Of a stretch of 64,000 nucleotides of DNA, positions 61,813 through 64,000 are shown one piece after another (within the stretch, counting starts at the first letter, position 1; every line of letters begins with the position of its first letter). A model generated the notes under the pieces. The model searched no databases. It saw only the letters and a list, made by a program, of their open reading frames with translations, and had not been told where the DNA came from. The DNA is from Octopus bimaculoides (lineage: Eukaryota): assembly GCF_001194135.2 (NCBI RefSeq), contig NC_068999.1, positions 3,003,359 to 3,067,358 on the forward strand, written 5' to 3'. Position numbers and translations under genes: made by a program.

Positions 61813-64000
61813 CCTTTATCCATATATATGTCAACACGTACATATATGCGAATACACACATTCATACAGTTAAACATACACATACAGATGCCGGCCTTTG
61901 TACCTGCCTTAGTGCATGTGGACGTATTATAAGAACGGCGTCATATGCACTATTCGTTTTTCAAACACAAAACGTCTCTTCAAGATTCTCTCTCAAGACG
62001 AATACCGCAGTATTACGGCGTTCTTATAATGTATCCACGTCAAATGGAAGATGAAAATTGATACATACTTACATACACACACACACATATATATACATAC
62101 ATAATACTTACACACATACATACACAAACACATATGTTTATGTATTCTAATATACGCATCTAGTATATAATACACAACCGCCACCACTCTCATTATCATT
62201 ATCACTGTCACCATCAATATTATCTTTGCCACGCCCATCACCATCATCATCACCACCACCACCACCACTAGCACCAGCACCACTACCGCTACCACCCCAC
62301 CACCACCGCTACAGCAGATGCTGCCGCCACCACCTCCGTCGCCACTATATTTCCATTCTGACATTTTCCATCCTGCCGTTTCCCCTCCACCTACATTTCT
62401 TTCTCATCATTACCAGATTTCGTTGTTTGTTGAACCACTCACTGATGGAATTGGTCACTCTCTCCACCACGTAACACACACATACATATATACGCATACA
62501 CACACACATATCTATATACACACAAACACATATATATATACACACACACATATATACAAACGCATGCACAAATACCCTTACGTAATCTCTCTTTCTCTCT
62601 CTCTCTCTCTCTCTCACACACAGATAGATGCACTTCCTTTAAGTTTTAAAAGTAAAATAATGGCAGAAAGAATTTGAAACGAACCCACAGAACTGGTTTT
62701 GTGGCGATTTACTATTGATTTATCATTCTTGACCACCTCGATGTCCAAAAAATACTTCGATTGTCCTTCTTTAGTCATTCACCTGGCTGACCAATGAGTT
62801 CCTTGGTGACCTTTTTTGACCGGCTTTACGTAGCGCTTCNNNNNNNNNNNNNNNNNNNNNNNNNNNNNNNNNNNNNNNNNNNNNNNNNNNNNNNNNNNNN
62901 NNNNNNNNNNNNNNNNNNNNNNNNNNNNNNNNNNNNNNNNNNNNNNNNNNNNNNNNNNNNNNNNNNNNNNNNNNNNNNNNNNNNNNNNNNNNNNNNNNNN
63001 NNNNNNNNNNNNNNNNNNNNNNNNNNNNNNNNNNNNNNNNNNNNNNNNNNNNNNNNNNNNNNNNNNNNNNNNNNNNNNNNNNNNNNNNNNNNNNNNNNNN
63101 NNNNNNNNNNNNNNNNNACGGATAATTTACCTACGGCGGGAACTTTGAATGAGAAAGAAGGCACAAATACAGCCAAGAATCTTACCTGGTGTTTCTAACG
63201 ACTTCTAATACAATAAATGCAAAAACTAATGACACTCTTACTATTCTTCATGATGGGGTGAGAGTAATAGTAGGCATAGAGACAGTGAGGGCTAACTCCG
63301 TGAGTAAATAAAAAACATTCCAGGCCAAATCCAGACCTGCAATCATGAAATTTTGGATTCCTATGTTTTCATGACTGTAATTGTTTTCGGCGTTTTTTTT
63401 TTTACATGATTTTTTTGCGACGAATCTGATCATCATTGGTATATGACTCTGGAGGAAGCAATTGCAACAAATTCTGCAAAACAAGTCAGAGATCTGTTTG
63501 CAAATATTTCCCATCCGGGGTCAGTTGCTTAAAAGCTATATACTAGCTTAGAAGCCACCCGACAGGGCGGCTTTTAAGCAAGTTAGTAATATGTTACTTA
63601 TGTCTTGTGTCAGCCCCAAATAACAGAACAACCTTGAGATGGCAAGACAGACAAGAAATAGGCGAGCTGAGTTGATGAAATTAAATCTAAAAGTTTAAGT
63701 ATACAAAGTCGTAGTTAAAAAATATACAAGAGGTTGCTAAAGTGCAACACAGCAATACTTAAATCAGTTTATTGTTTATATGGCTATAATGACGGCAGGA
63801 TGGTGTGGTATGGAGTAAAGAGAATTAATTTCTCAGAGACGAACGAATCTTTCTTTTTTTTTTTTTCATTTTCTCATGAAATTTAGAGTAAGAAGAGACG
63901 CACAAATACATAAACACATGCTCTCTCTCACCTCCCCTCCATCTCTCAATGTGCGTGCGTGGGTATATATATATATGTGTATATATATATATATATATAT

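Overview
AT-rich, microsatellite-dense animal DNA; the repeat landscape suggests an octopus or other coleoid (inference). About 50 kb is occupied by one minus-strand gene that I assembled by hand from splice sites: a candidate ATG-only first exon (51620-51622), a 58-nt signal-peptide exon (42207-42264), 25 visible exons that each encode one 6-Cys module and are all phase 1-1 (41290 down to 8914, plus one more probably hidden in a gap), and one ~6-kb exon (1548-7563) holding about 30 visible, mostly 8-Cys modules. The large exon ends at a GT donor, so the gene continues off the left edge. The predicted product is a secreted, disulfide-rich repeat protein of roughly 3,900 aa or more with about 60 modules. 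The module (C-x-V-x-G-x2-Y...G-C-F-x-Y-x-C-x-C-x2-[DN]GSW-x-C-P-x7-C) resembles the VWC N-terminal subdomain, FN1 and pacifastin, but I cannot assign a known gene. Introns and the upstream region hold decayed mariner, DD37D, hAT, RTE, Penelope-like and REL-endonuclease LINE elements, MITEs, SINEs, microsatellites and several assembly gaps. No CRISPR, rRNA or true tRNA genes were seen. All coordinates and counts were done by eye and should be verified computationally.
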